NCBI GenBank assembly: GCA_002269645.1 | Contig: NIVC01001165.1 | Location: 282,261 to 346,260 of the forward strand | Direction of reading: 5' to 3' | Source: Macrostomum lignano | Lineage: Eukaryota | Length of the DNA stretch: 64,000 bases | In this document: in pieces, positions 36,501-48,500 of the stretch | How positions within the stretch are numbered: the first letter of the stretch is position 1 | Layout: every line of letters begins with the position of its first letter | Position numbers and translations under genes: made by a program | The notes under the pieces: generated by a model | What the model was told of the DNA's origin: nothing | The model's input: the letters and a program-made list of their open reading frames with translations, nothing else | The model's database searches: none

Positions 36501-39500
36501 ATGCCGCAGGCGCACCCTCCCGATATGTACCCGATATGTATGCCCTCCCTCCCGATATGTATGCCCACCCTCCCGATATGTACCCCGATATGTATGCCCA
36601 CCCTCCGATATGTATGCCCTCCAGAGCAGCAGGCGCCCATGCTGCAGGCGCCCATGCCGCAGGCACCCCGAGTGTACACTCTACCGAGCCGCAGGCACCC
36701 CGAGTGTACACTCTACCGAGCCGCAGGCACCCCGAGTGTACACTCTCGCGATATGTACACTCTACCACTCTCCCGATATGTAAGATATCTAGTCAGCGAT
36801 ATTAGGCTAGTGAAAACTACTTATAGTAGATGAAATTGCGTATATTTACATAAAAAGTAGATAAAACATATTGGTAGGTGTGAATAATGACGCATAATAC
36901 ATATTGGACCATATGAGCAGCAAAAACACACAATGTAGGTGCATGGGCAGAAATAGACAAAGCAGGTACTGTAGGCGCTACATAGGTGGAAATACACACA
37001 GTATATTGCACACACTCTAGATTCCAATTATGTAGGTGCATACATACACACAATGTAGGTGCAAATTGAGTATAATACAAGAAAATTACATAGCATATAA
37101 TGTAGGCGCATTTTAAACGATACATTTTTGCATAATAACCCGCAGGTACAAATTTCAGTGCATAGGATAAAATACACACACTGGAAGTTAAGTATAATAC
37201 AACATATGTATGCAAAATTAAGCATATAATGTAGGTGCAAAGTAAAATATCCAGCCCAGGATATTCGAGACACGCCCCCAGAGCCAGGGCCGGGGGATCC
37301 CAATGTACAGTGCGGGCGGAGTAACAGAGAAATTCCTCCCCAGGGCCGGGGGATCCCAAGTACAGTTCAGGCAGAGAGCATTCCAATCCTCCCCAAATGG
37401 GGGGTTATCAAGGACCCCTCACATTGCACAGGGCGGGCAGAATAACAGACCGCATACAAATAGGGGTTTTAGCGGATCCCAAGTACAGTGCGCTCCCGGG
37501 TGTCAAATGATGAAGGAATCCCGCCCCCCAATGCACAGTGCGCTCCGGGGTGTTAAATGAGGAAGGATCCCGCCCCAATGTACAGTGGAGGTAGAGTAAC
37601 AGACCGCATACAAAGAGAATTCCAGTCAAACTTTACCGCAGCTCCCACGGGGTTTTAGTGGATCCCCAGAGGGTAGCTCTCCAAGTTGAGGGATCCCCCC
37701 AGTGTGTTGCGAGGCCCAAGTACAGTGCATGCAGAGAGTAACAGAGTACAAAGAGAAATTCCCTTATCAGTCAAACTCGAGCGCGATCTTCAGCCAGGGC
37801 AGTCTCCTCCTCATCAGCGCTCTCGAAACATCTGTCAAAGTAAAAAATATTCAATGTAGACAGATTATATGTAATTTATATACGATTTATATGAAATTAA
37901 GCTTACCAAAAATCGGGTTCGCGCTGTACGGATGCGGCACGCCTCAATTAGCAACCCTCGTCAAACAGATTTCCCCAAGGGTAGGGTTTGATGCTGTCAA
38001 GGCAGTCCTGCAGATTGTCCTCTGTCTTGACTCGCTTGGCTGGAGGGGGTGCCTCAGGTGCCGGCTTGAAGAGCTTGTCCAAACGGGCGGCAAACATCCT
38101 GCGCCACAGTTCAGGCGTGAATTCGATCGTGTAGCGCCAATTAAACTTTGGGTCCTGATTGAGCCAATTGCGCAGCAAACGGATCCTCCCTCGCGAAGCT
38201 TCAACTGCCTTGAAATTGCCCAACAGGACCCGCTTGTTCACGTGAAGGCGGGCAGCAGCCTCCAGGTCAGGGCGCGCAGCTTCGAGCTTCTTCCACTCTG
38301 GCTCGCTCAAGTAGATTGCAGGGAAGCCGTCCTTCCACACTCCGGCCTCGTTGGTGTAGAGACGCCGAATTTCAATCAAGTTGTGTTCAGTTTCAAATGT
38401 GGGCTTCCGCGCCACAAAGTTTTCGTATAGAGAGATAGAAGACATGATTTAGCAGCAGCAGCAGCAGAGAGCTCTCTAACAGCCGTGCAGCGCCTTATAT
38501 ACCCCCGGATGGAGGGTGGGGTGGGTGGTGATTTTGGGGGTGATTTTTGATGATTTTGGTTGGTTTTTGGCGATTGACCAATAACAGGCGAGCTGAGCAG
38601 ATTTTTTAGTATATATACAGACCCCCAGAGCCAGGGTAGAGAGATAATCCTTCTCTCTCCGCTCGCTCTCTCACGCTCTCTGTTTGCAAAATGGCTAAAC
38701 GCAGCGCCAACGCAACTGCTTTTCTGGCTGACAAGAGGCAACGTCTTTATGGTAAGTTTTAATTAATTTCTGTCTAGACTGTAGTTGCTAGGGTGGGGGT
38801 AGGGGCTGAGCAGCAGCAGCAGCTGCAGGGTCTGTGGGACCGCAGAGTAAACAACAAAGACTGCTGCGACAGCTGCAGGGGTCTAGACTGGAGTTGCTAG
38901 GGTGGGGTGCTGCGGCAGGGTCTGTAACAGAGAGTTGCAGGGGAGGGCTAGACAAGTTACAGCCGGGTGTGTGCTGATAAGAAATTGCTGCTAGGGGGTG
39001 TTGTCCAGACAGGTTGCAGCTGGGGTGCAAATTGCTGCGACAGAGAGTTGCAGGGGTGAGTAAACAAAGACTGGGGTGGGGTGTTGTCTAGACAGGGAGG
39101 GGTGTGCTGATAAGAAATTGCTGCAAAAACAGACAGTTGCTAGGGTGCTGCGGCAGATAAGAAATTGCTGCAGAATCGTTGGGGCGGGCTAGACAAGTTA
39201 CAGCCGGGTGGGGGCAGAGAGTTGCTGGGACAGACTGGGGCTGCAGATAGGGCGCTACCCAGACAGGCTGCAGCTGGGGTGCAAATTGCTGCGACAGAGA
39301 GTTGCAGGGGTGAGTAAACAAAGACTGCTGCGACAGGCTGCAGCGGGGGTGCAGATAAGAAATTGCAGAGTTGCTGCGGGGACAGCAGAGTAAACTCTGT
39401 TAAGAAATTGCTGGGGCTAGGGCGGGGAAACACGCTGGGGCCAGGAAAATGACAGATTCTTCTGGTTTTTTATCTCCTTGTGTTTTTTCAGACGCGTTTG

Positions 39501-42500
39501 TCCCGCCAACACAGCCGGAATCTGTTACCGGACCGGGTGAGTTATCCCGCCCCCCATTTCCCACACAGACCCTGGCTGACTCACACTCCCCCATTCCCCC
39601 ATGCAGGTTTTACGGCCCGGCTGGATAATCAACGCGACCTGCCCAAGTTTAGGGCAAAGGGTGTCGAGTATGTGGTGCGTATTACCAACACCGAAGATTT
39701 GCGGGAGGTGTTTGCCGACATGCTCGAAGTTTTCAAGCAAGATTTGGCTGGTGATGACTTTATGGCCGCGAAATTCGAGAGCGACAACATGCTCAAAGCG
39801 GCCCACACTCCCCCGGTGCGTGCAGCCCGCATGACGGCTGAATTGTTGTTTAAGCACATTGACAAGATTGTGCAGTCAGACGCAAGCGTACTGTCGAGCA
39901 ACTTTTCTATCCGTCTGCTAAAAGCCTGGGTACCTCGAGGTGGATGTGCTCTCGAGAACAGGCATCTAGAAGAGAGGCACGCTTTTTCAAAGCACTATGT
40001 CCGCATCACCAACTCGGACAAGAGATGCCTGCTGCGCGCTCTGGTCGTGGCCTGCGCCTACCTGCAATTCGTGGCCAAGTCCATCACCGAGAAGGTGTGG
40101 CGCACGATCAAGGCCAATTCGCCCACGCAGACTAAGCTGGTGGCTGAGCTACAAATCGAGGCAGGCCTCTACACGGTAAGTTTCTAGTATTTTTCTGATA
40201 AGAATTTTTACGCAGTATCATGGAATACTAATATTTTCTGATAAGATTTTTACACAGTATCATGGAATACTAAAAGATATATTTTCTGATAAGATTTTTA
40301 CACAGTATCATGGAATACTAAAAGATATATTTTCTGATAAGATTTTTACACAGTATCATGGAATACTAAAATTTTCTGATAAGAAATTTTACGATAAGGA
40401 ACACTAAAAGAAATATTTTACCCTCCACACAGACTCTTCAAACCGTCTCGCAGGCTGGTCCTTTCGGCGTGGATGCACTGCCCGAAGCGATCCGTGCCCT
40501 GAACCGGCTGCATCCGGGGCGCGATTTTGGTGTACGCGTGTACCGCGCAGAGGAGGCCAACAGGTGCATCTTCAACCTGCCTGGCACCGAGATTCTGCAC
40601 CTACACCTGGTCGAGCAGCACTTTAATGTGGTCACCAAGCTGCCTGCGTTTTTCGGCTCCGATCACTACTGCCCCAAGTGCGAGATGGCCTACGACTGCA
40701 ATTATGAGAAGCACAAGTGCGCTGATGCCTGCAGTACATGCAAGACTCCGGGCTCCAACTGTAAGGCAAACCGCGCATATGTAAGATGCCATGATTGCGG
40801 GCTAAATTGCTATAATGCTCAGTGCCTAGAAAATCACAAGCGCAAGAATAAGGCCGGCAGATCGCGCTGTGATTCGGTCCACGTTTGCGGCACGTGTGGC
40901 TATCTAGAAGAACTAAAAGTAGGCCAGCCCCCTGAGCATCAGTGTGGTTATGCCAAGTGCCCAGTCTGCAAGCAGTACGACGAAACTGCCACCCACGAGT
41001 GCTTTGTCACCCCGCCCAAAGCCAAAGAGTCTAGCGCCCCGTATGTTTACTATGATTTCGAGACGTACTTGGACTCTGACAAGCAGCACCGGGTACACTT
41101 GGTTACGGCTGCCACCTCCTGCGAGGCGTGTCCCAAACTCTTCCCCAGGCCCCGCTGCAGCGCGTGCGGGGGACTACACAGCTCAGCCAATTGCATTGCG
41201 GGACGCAATCTGGCGCTGGATTTTACGAGCTGTGTCTCGCACAATGACTGTGCCTGTGGGATGCGAGAGTTTGTTTCGGTTGGGCCGCACTCTATCGATG
41301 CCTTTTACTGCTGGCTGACTAGTGTGTTCAAGCAGGGGGCAATTGCAATTGCGCACAATGGCTCTGCGTATGACGCATTCCTCCTGCTCGGCGCCCTACT
41401 CAACGGACTGGCCAAGAAGAAGCCGCAAGTGATCTTCCAGAACAGCCGCCTAATGTACATGAAGTGCGACAAGATCACCTTCAAGGACAGCCTCAATTTC
41501 ATCCCTATTGGTCTGGCGCAATTCCCAAAGGCGCTTGGTTTGGGCACCCAACTGACCAAAGGAGATTTCCCGCACGTGTTCAATCAGCCTCAAAATTGGG
41601 GGTACGTCGGTCCCTACTGCTCAATTGATATGTACGGCGGGAAGAAGAATAAGCAGCATGACTCCATCGCCGACTGGCTGGCCAAGCAGGAGGGACAGGT
41701 GTTTAATTTTAATAAGGCGTACCTGGACTACTGCCTGCAGGACACGTTAATTTTGCGGGAAGGCTGTCTAAAGTACACCCGCCTGATTAAGGACATTTGC
41801 GGACTGGACGCATTTGTCCAATCCAACACCATTGCGGGCTTGGCTATGGCTGTTTTCACCACCAAGTTTATGGAGCCCAACACTCTTGGGGTGATTTCCC
41901 GCCGGTCCGATGTACAGTCGCACAAGGCGCGGTGCTGGCTTGCGCATTTGAATGCGACCGAGTTTGGCGGCCGGTTGCGGACAGCGGACTCGGGCGGCGA
42001 GGCTTTCGCCATGGGCCGTAAGGTCGACGGCTTCGACCCAGAGACCAGGACAGTGCTGCAGTTTCATGGCTGCTTCTACCATGGCTGTCCCAAGTGCTTC
42101 CCCAACGGCGACGTGCTGCACCCGCTCAAGAACCAGCCAATGCGGGCGATTTATGAGGAGACTGAGCGCTTCACCCGGCTGCTCTCCACTGCCTACAATG
42201 TGCGTGTTCTGTGGGAGCACGACTATCAGGACGAGGGAGCGCCAGTCCAGCAGCCTATCCGCCTGGAGGATGCCCTGTTTGGCGGCCGTACCGAGGCTTT
42301 TGTCCCGCACGCCGAGGCCACCGAGACTGTAGAGCTGCGCTATCGGGATGTGGTAAGTTTGTACACTTGTACACACAGTTGACATGCGTTTGAGTTTATC
42401 TTATCCTCTAATTCTCTATTATCCTTATACTTATCCCCTAGGTGTCGCTCTACCCGACTGTCAACAAGTTTGACAAGTACCCGGTCGGGCACCCGGTACA

Positions 42501-45500
42501 CCACCCCGAGCCTCATCTACTGGATGAGCTGCAGCTGGCCCGGTATTTTGGCATCGCCGAGGTGTCGATTCTGCCGCCAACCAATCTCCACATCCCGCTA
42601 CTGCCCGCCAAGATTAACAAGAAGTTGGTTTTCGGCCTCTGCCGCGTCTGCATGGAGACCCAGTGCAGCAGCGAGTGTACACACACTGACGCTGAGAGAA
42701 TGCTCCGCGGCACGTGGTCGACCCCAGAGCTCCACAAAGCCCTGCAGTTGGGTTACAAGCTGCAGTCAGTTCATGCCCTGGCCTATTGGACCGAGACTCG
42801 CACGGGTCTGTTTGCAGATTATGTAAACACTTTTTTGAAGCTCAAAGCCGAGTCTAGCGGTTCGCCGGGGATGGCTGAGGACGCCAAGGCTGCCTACATG
42901 GCCAGCTTTTTCGAGCGCGAAGGCGTCCGGCTGGAAAAGGTGGAAGAAAATCCTGGCCTGCGCTTTGTGCCAAGATTTTTCTAAACTCGTAAGTTTTTCT
43001 ACTTGCAGTGGGGACCATGTTTTTCTACTTACAGTAGCCAGATATACAAAAATTTATTTTTTCCCTGCAGGCTCTGGGGCAAATTCTGCCAGCGCGACGA
43101 CCTGACCTCCACAGAGATTGTGGACAGCTACGAGGCGTGGCTGCAGCGCCTGACCGACCCCTCGATCAAGGTCAAGTCGTGCGAGCCAATTGGGGAGAGC
43201 TTCATGATGCTCGAGTACAAGCCCCGATTTGGCGGTGCTGGCGAGCGGGCGTTCAAGTACGCTAATGTACCTATTGGCGTTTTCACCACCTCCCACGCCC
43301 GGCTGCGACTCTACGAGGCTCTGGAGGGTCTAGGAACCCGAGTCATTTACGCCGATACCGATTCGTATGTAATTTTTTCACTGTATCTGTCTCTCTTTCT
43401 CCCCTTAACACTTTATTCTCCTCCTCCTCCCAGGGTTGTATACCGCTGCTCCCCGGGCGAGTACGAGCCTCCGGGCGGTTCGAGTTTGGGGCAGTGGACT
43501 GACGAGGTACCTGCTGGCTGCCGCATGGTACAGTTCACCACGGGAGGCCCCAAGCTCTACCGGTACGTGGTGGAGAAGCCCGACGGGTCGCTGTACTCGG
43601 TACTCAAGTGCAAGGGCATCAGAGTCACGCCCGAGATTTCCGAGCGCGAGGACGAGCTGCAGGAAATTCTGCGTCACGGCGGGACTGTACGCCTGCCCCA
43701 GGCCCAGTTCAGGCGCGATAAGGCTAGCTGTACAATCCGGACCCTCGAGATGGACAAGACTTTCCAGCGCGTAATGACTAAGAGGGTGTATGGGGCCGCT
43801 AGCCGCCCGTATGGCTTTCGGGAGTGAGTGAAAGATAAGGATCTGTCTTTTTACGCCTGGGATTCCCCTATGTGCCCACTTGGGATCCCTTGACTCGTGG
43901 GGATGAAAATGGTTTTACACCCGCATTGTACTTGGGCCTCGCAACACACGGGGGGATCCCTCAACTTGGAGAGCTACCCTCTGGGGATCCACTAAAGCCC
44001 CGTGGGAGGTGCTGTAAAGTTTGACTGGAATTCTCTTTGTATGCGGTCTGTTACTCTACCTCCACTGTACATTGGGGCATCATTTGACACCCGGGACCGC
44101 ACTGTACTTGGGATCCGCTAAAACCCCTATTTGTATGCGGTCTGTTATTCTGCCCGCCCTGTGCAATGTGAGGGGTCCTTGATAACCCCCATTTGGGGAG
44201 GATTGGAATGCTCTCTGCCTGAACTGTACTTGGGATCCCCCGGCCCTGGGGAGGAATTTCTCTATGTTACTCCGCCCGCACTGTACATTGGGATCCCCCG
44301 GCCCTGGCTCTGGGGGCGTGTCTCGAATATCCTGGGCTGGATATTTTACTTTGCACCTACATTATATGCTTAATTTTGCATACATATGTTGTATTATACT
44401 TAACTTCCAGTGTGTGTATTTTATCCTATGCACTGAAATTTGTACCTGCGGGTTATTATGCAAAAATGTATCGTTTAAAATGCGCCTACATTATATGCTA
44501 TGTAATTTTCTTGTATTATACTCAATTTGCACCTACATTGTGTGTATGTATGCACCTACATAATTGGAATCTAGAGTGTGTGCAATATACTGTGTGTATT
44601 TCCACCTATGTAGCGCCTACAGTACCTGCTTTGTCTATTTCTGCCCATGCACCTACATTGTGTGTTTTTGCTGCTCATATGGTCCAATATGTATTATGCG
44701 TCATTATTCACACCTACCAATATGTTTTATCTACTTTTTATGTAAATATACGCAATTTCATCTACTATAAGTAGTTTTCACTAGCCTAATATCGCTGACT
44801 AGATATCTTACATATCGGGAGAGTGGTAGAGTGTACATATCGCGAGAGTGTACACTCGGGGTGCCTGCGGCTCGGTAGAGTGTACACTCGGGGTGCCTGC
44901 GGCTCGGTAGAGTGTACACTCGGGGTGCCTGCGGCATGGGCGCCTGCAGCATGGGCGCCTGCTGCTCTGGAGGGCATACATATCGGGAGGGTGGGCATAC
45001 ATATCGGGGTACATATCGGGAGGGTGGGCATACATATCGGGAGGGAGGGCATACATATCGGGGTACATATCGGGAGGGTGCGCCTGCGGCATGGGCGCCT
45101 AATTGGCGCCTGGATAGCGCCACGCGCCTGCGGCGCGCGCGCCAGCCAATGAGAGGCGAGGAGGGTTGACACCCACCCCACCTCCAAAAAGGGCGGATCT
45201 ACCAGTCCATAGTAGTGACTTTATCATGAGCTCACCGATCAGACTTGCCGCTCTCTCGCATGTAGGATTTGTAGTAGGGTCCAACAGCGTGGCTAATGAA
45301 CGAGTGCAGAGTCTCGTAGGGTGAACCATCGCCAAAGCTGAACACGCGCAGTTGAGCAGAGAAGCCTTTGTCAGCTTCAACAAACGGGCCGCGTTTGATG
45401 AGGACAACACTGTGTGGAGACAATTTCGGTGCTTATTTCTTAGTTTTAAGACAGTAGCTTTTGTATTAAACTAAATCTGATACAATTGACACTGCATACC

Positions 45501-48500
45501 TCTGCATCTTTGAGCTGACATACTGCACTTCAGCACTGATGTTGTAGGAAGCTTCACCACCAATGGCATCATCTTCGCCTTCCTCATCTGTTTAAGAAAA
45601 ATATTTATCAGATCAAAATTTCCATACATTAGTACTTTGAAAAGCATGCATTTTTAACCATCAATAATCAGTGACATTTGGCATCATCATTGGTCTAAAC
45701 TGAATACAGATTACTGAAAGTTGAAAATTTATAAATATCTTTATATTCCAAAAGTAAGCATTTTTATCTATTTCATTTTTAATTATAAAATAGTTTAAGA
45801 ATTTTAAAGGTAATTAAAATTCTATAATTCAGTTTAGGTTGATGATTTAGTTGCAGTTTGATCCTAATAGATCATAACTTTAGCCTTAAATCTTGATTAT
45901 CTTAAAAGCATAGATCTTAAGTCTTACAAAAATCTTTAAAAATTGATATTGTCTAACCCTTAATGAATTTAATATGCAGTCCAAGAGCAATAGGTAGGCA
46001 ATAAGTCTTTTATTTATTGGATTTTTCCTAACATATTTATAGTTTCCATACATAATTCTTAAACCTTGGAAAGGAAACCACTGATACATTTTTCTAAATA
46101 TTAAATGTTTTGCCAAGAAACTTTTTGCTAAACATTGATTTACTAAAAACTTGTTTGAAAATCAATTTGCTAAAAATGTTATGCTAAAAGTCAATTTAAA
46201 TAACAATTCTAGCATCAACACTAAGGAATATTGGGCAATAGTTTGAAGTCTAAAATTTGAAAGTTTTAAAGTTTATTTTTTTCAGTTTGAATTAGCAATC
46301 AGAATTATTTTAAGTATGTAAACAATTGCAAAACATTTATTATTGCTAGTGCAAATTTTTTGCATGCACTTTAGTCAGGAAAATATATAAACAACACCTA
46401 ACTATGCTGACTGATCTGGCAAGGGGCCTAGCCAAAAAAAGTTGTGAAAATTCCAACTTGAAAGATATAGTACTAATTAGATAACAAGGCATTTTACCAT
46501 AATATGACCATAGTTACTCTTGCCATATACCAAAAATTATATTACTCATTTTCATACATGCGCAACTGCTGGCCGACCTGGCCGATCCGGCCACCCGTGT
46601 GGCCATCTGATCAGGTTTTTCGCCCGGTAGGCGATCGGGATTTTTGCCCGGTTTGTAATACATTTTTTCCTATCTAAAAACCCGAAAATCCTCGGGAAAG
46701 TGGTCTCGAAAACGGACGAAGACGGCAGTTTCGTCTGGTTGTTCGTCAGGAATTTCGTAGAGGACATCAGGTATTTTCTCGGGTTTCTCTTCGGCTACTT
46801 AAACTGATGAGTACCCTGAATAAAACCCGACAAATGACCGGATGAAAGTGCAAAAGCAGAACCCGGCAAATAACCGGGGCAAAATCAGACTAAAACCTAA
46901 CGAAAGCGACACGACGACCCAACCGGACGAATACTCGGAGCAAAATCAGACTAAAACCTAACGAAAGCGACACGACGACCCAACCGGACGAATACCCGGA
47001 GCAAAATCAGACTAAAACCTAACGAAAGCGACACGACGACCCAACCGGACGAATACTCGGAGCAAAATCAGACTAAAACCTAACGAAAGCGACACGACGA
47101 CCCAACCGGACGAATACTCGTAGCAAAATCAGACTAAAACCTAACGAAAGCGACACGACGACCCAACCGGACGAATATCTGGAGCAAAATCAGACTAAAA
47201 CCTAACGAAAGCGACACGACGACCCAACCGGACGAATACCCGGAGCAAAATCAGACTAAAACCTAACGAAAGCGACACGACGATCAAACCGGACGAAAAA
47301 CCCTGCATCCCTATCAAATTGTGTCTACTCTCGGAAAAATGTAGTGCCGACTTAGTAAAACATCTACAGTGCGCTTCTGTCAACGGATACCGTGAAGAGT
47401 GAAGAAGTAAGACAATTGTCAGTTAGTGTTAATACAAAATATGTAACGTTCCATCTTGCAATTCATCAAACTGTTCCAAATCACCTACAAGATCAATATA
47501 CTCCTCTGTTTTTTTATTCCAAAGATGTTGTAGAATACAGTCAGTAGGCGCATAGTCGCTAGTCATCTAGGCGCATAAATGCGGGAATTTAAAATCACTT
47601 CTGACTGGCCAAAAGTATGTTGGAATCCCACAGTAGCATGCAGCCTTCAGAAATGTGTGCGATGACAGCATTAAAATGACAATATTTTTATTCTCAGTTT
47701 ACGTGAACTACGCTCGTAATGTAACATACGAAGACGCTCATATGGTATATATAAAGACGAGCGGAAAAAATACTGCAAGAGAACAAAACAGGAGCACATT
47801 ACAGGACATGCAATTACAAGAAAATCTTCATGTCAATTGTCAATTATACACTGTGTCTCCCACACCATTTTCAACCCAATCCTGAATTAAAGGCTTTCAT
47901 CAGCTCTTTTCTCCGGCTCTTGTCCGGTCGAAGAACCAGAGAAAGAACCGGGCAAAATTCCAGGCGGAATTGTTATTTCATCCGCTTTTACTCCGGATTT
48001 GCCTGCGTTACTAAACTGGTTCCAAACCTGGCGAAGGACCGGGTAAAAAACCAGAGCACTCGTACGGTTTTTCCTCCGGAATTTCGCCTGGTTTAGAAAG
48101 GCAGAGAAAAACCGGATAAATTCGCCTGGTTTATGTTCTTCGCCTGGAAATGGGGCAAAAAACATAGCAAGCCAGAGCAAAACCGGGCGAAAAACCTGAT
48201 CGGATGGCCACACGGGCACCGTAAATCGTGGCTGACCAGGGGTAAGTCGCAAAATTGAGTCAACCAAAAACAGAAAAACACAAGAACCAAGAAAGGCAAG
48301 AGGAAAGCGAAAAAAGAGCAGTTCAGGGAAAATGGTGAAGCAAAAGAAAAACAATTCGCAAAAGAAGCAAACTAAGTTGTAAAAATAATCAGGTAAGTCG
48401 CAAAAAGGATCAGGTAAGTCGCAAAAGGGTTAGGTAAGTCGCAAAAGGATTAGGTAAGTCGCAAAAGGATTAGGTAAGTCGCAAAAGGATTAGGTAAGTC

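Larger units (their letters stand above)
36377..45216. mobile_element. Minimal Polinton/Maverick-derived element (pPolB + PC4-like gene only), 8,840 bp
   Basis: GACTTT direct repeat at 36371-36376 and 45217-45222 (6-bp TSD). Long TIRs. Termini ACTACTA...TAGTAGT. Encodes a protein-primed PolB. Confidence 0.93.

Noticed and set aside
36406-37630. Multiple ORFs within the TIRs, mirrored at 44131-45187
   Set aside because: Low-complexity, derived from TIR motifs, no recognisable domains. A spliced gene here cannot be fully excluded.
38752-39491. Possible hidden gene in pPolB intron 1
   Set aside because: Composed of degenerate GCTGCAGGGG/CTAGAC repeats; the ORFs are low-complexity with no integrase or capsid motifs.
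46794-46832. CTGATGAG...GAAA hammerhead-like core
   Set aside because: Stems I-III cannot be formed from the flanking sequence.
46881-47300. 61-bp repeats resembling a CRISPR array
   Set aside because: Units are contiguous and near-identical with no unique spacers; eukaryotic context and no cas genes.
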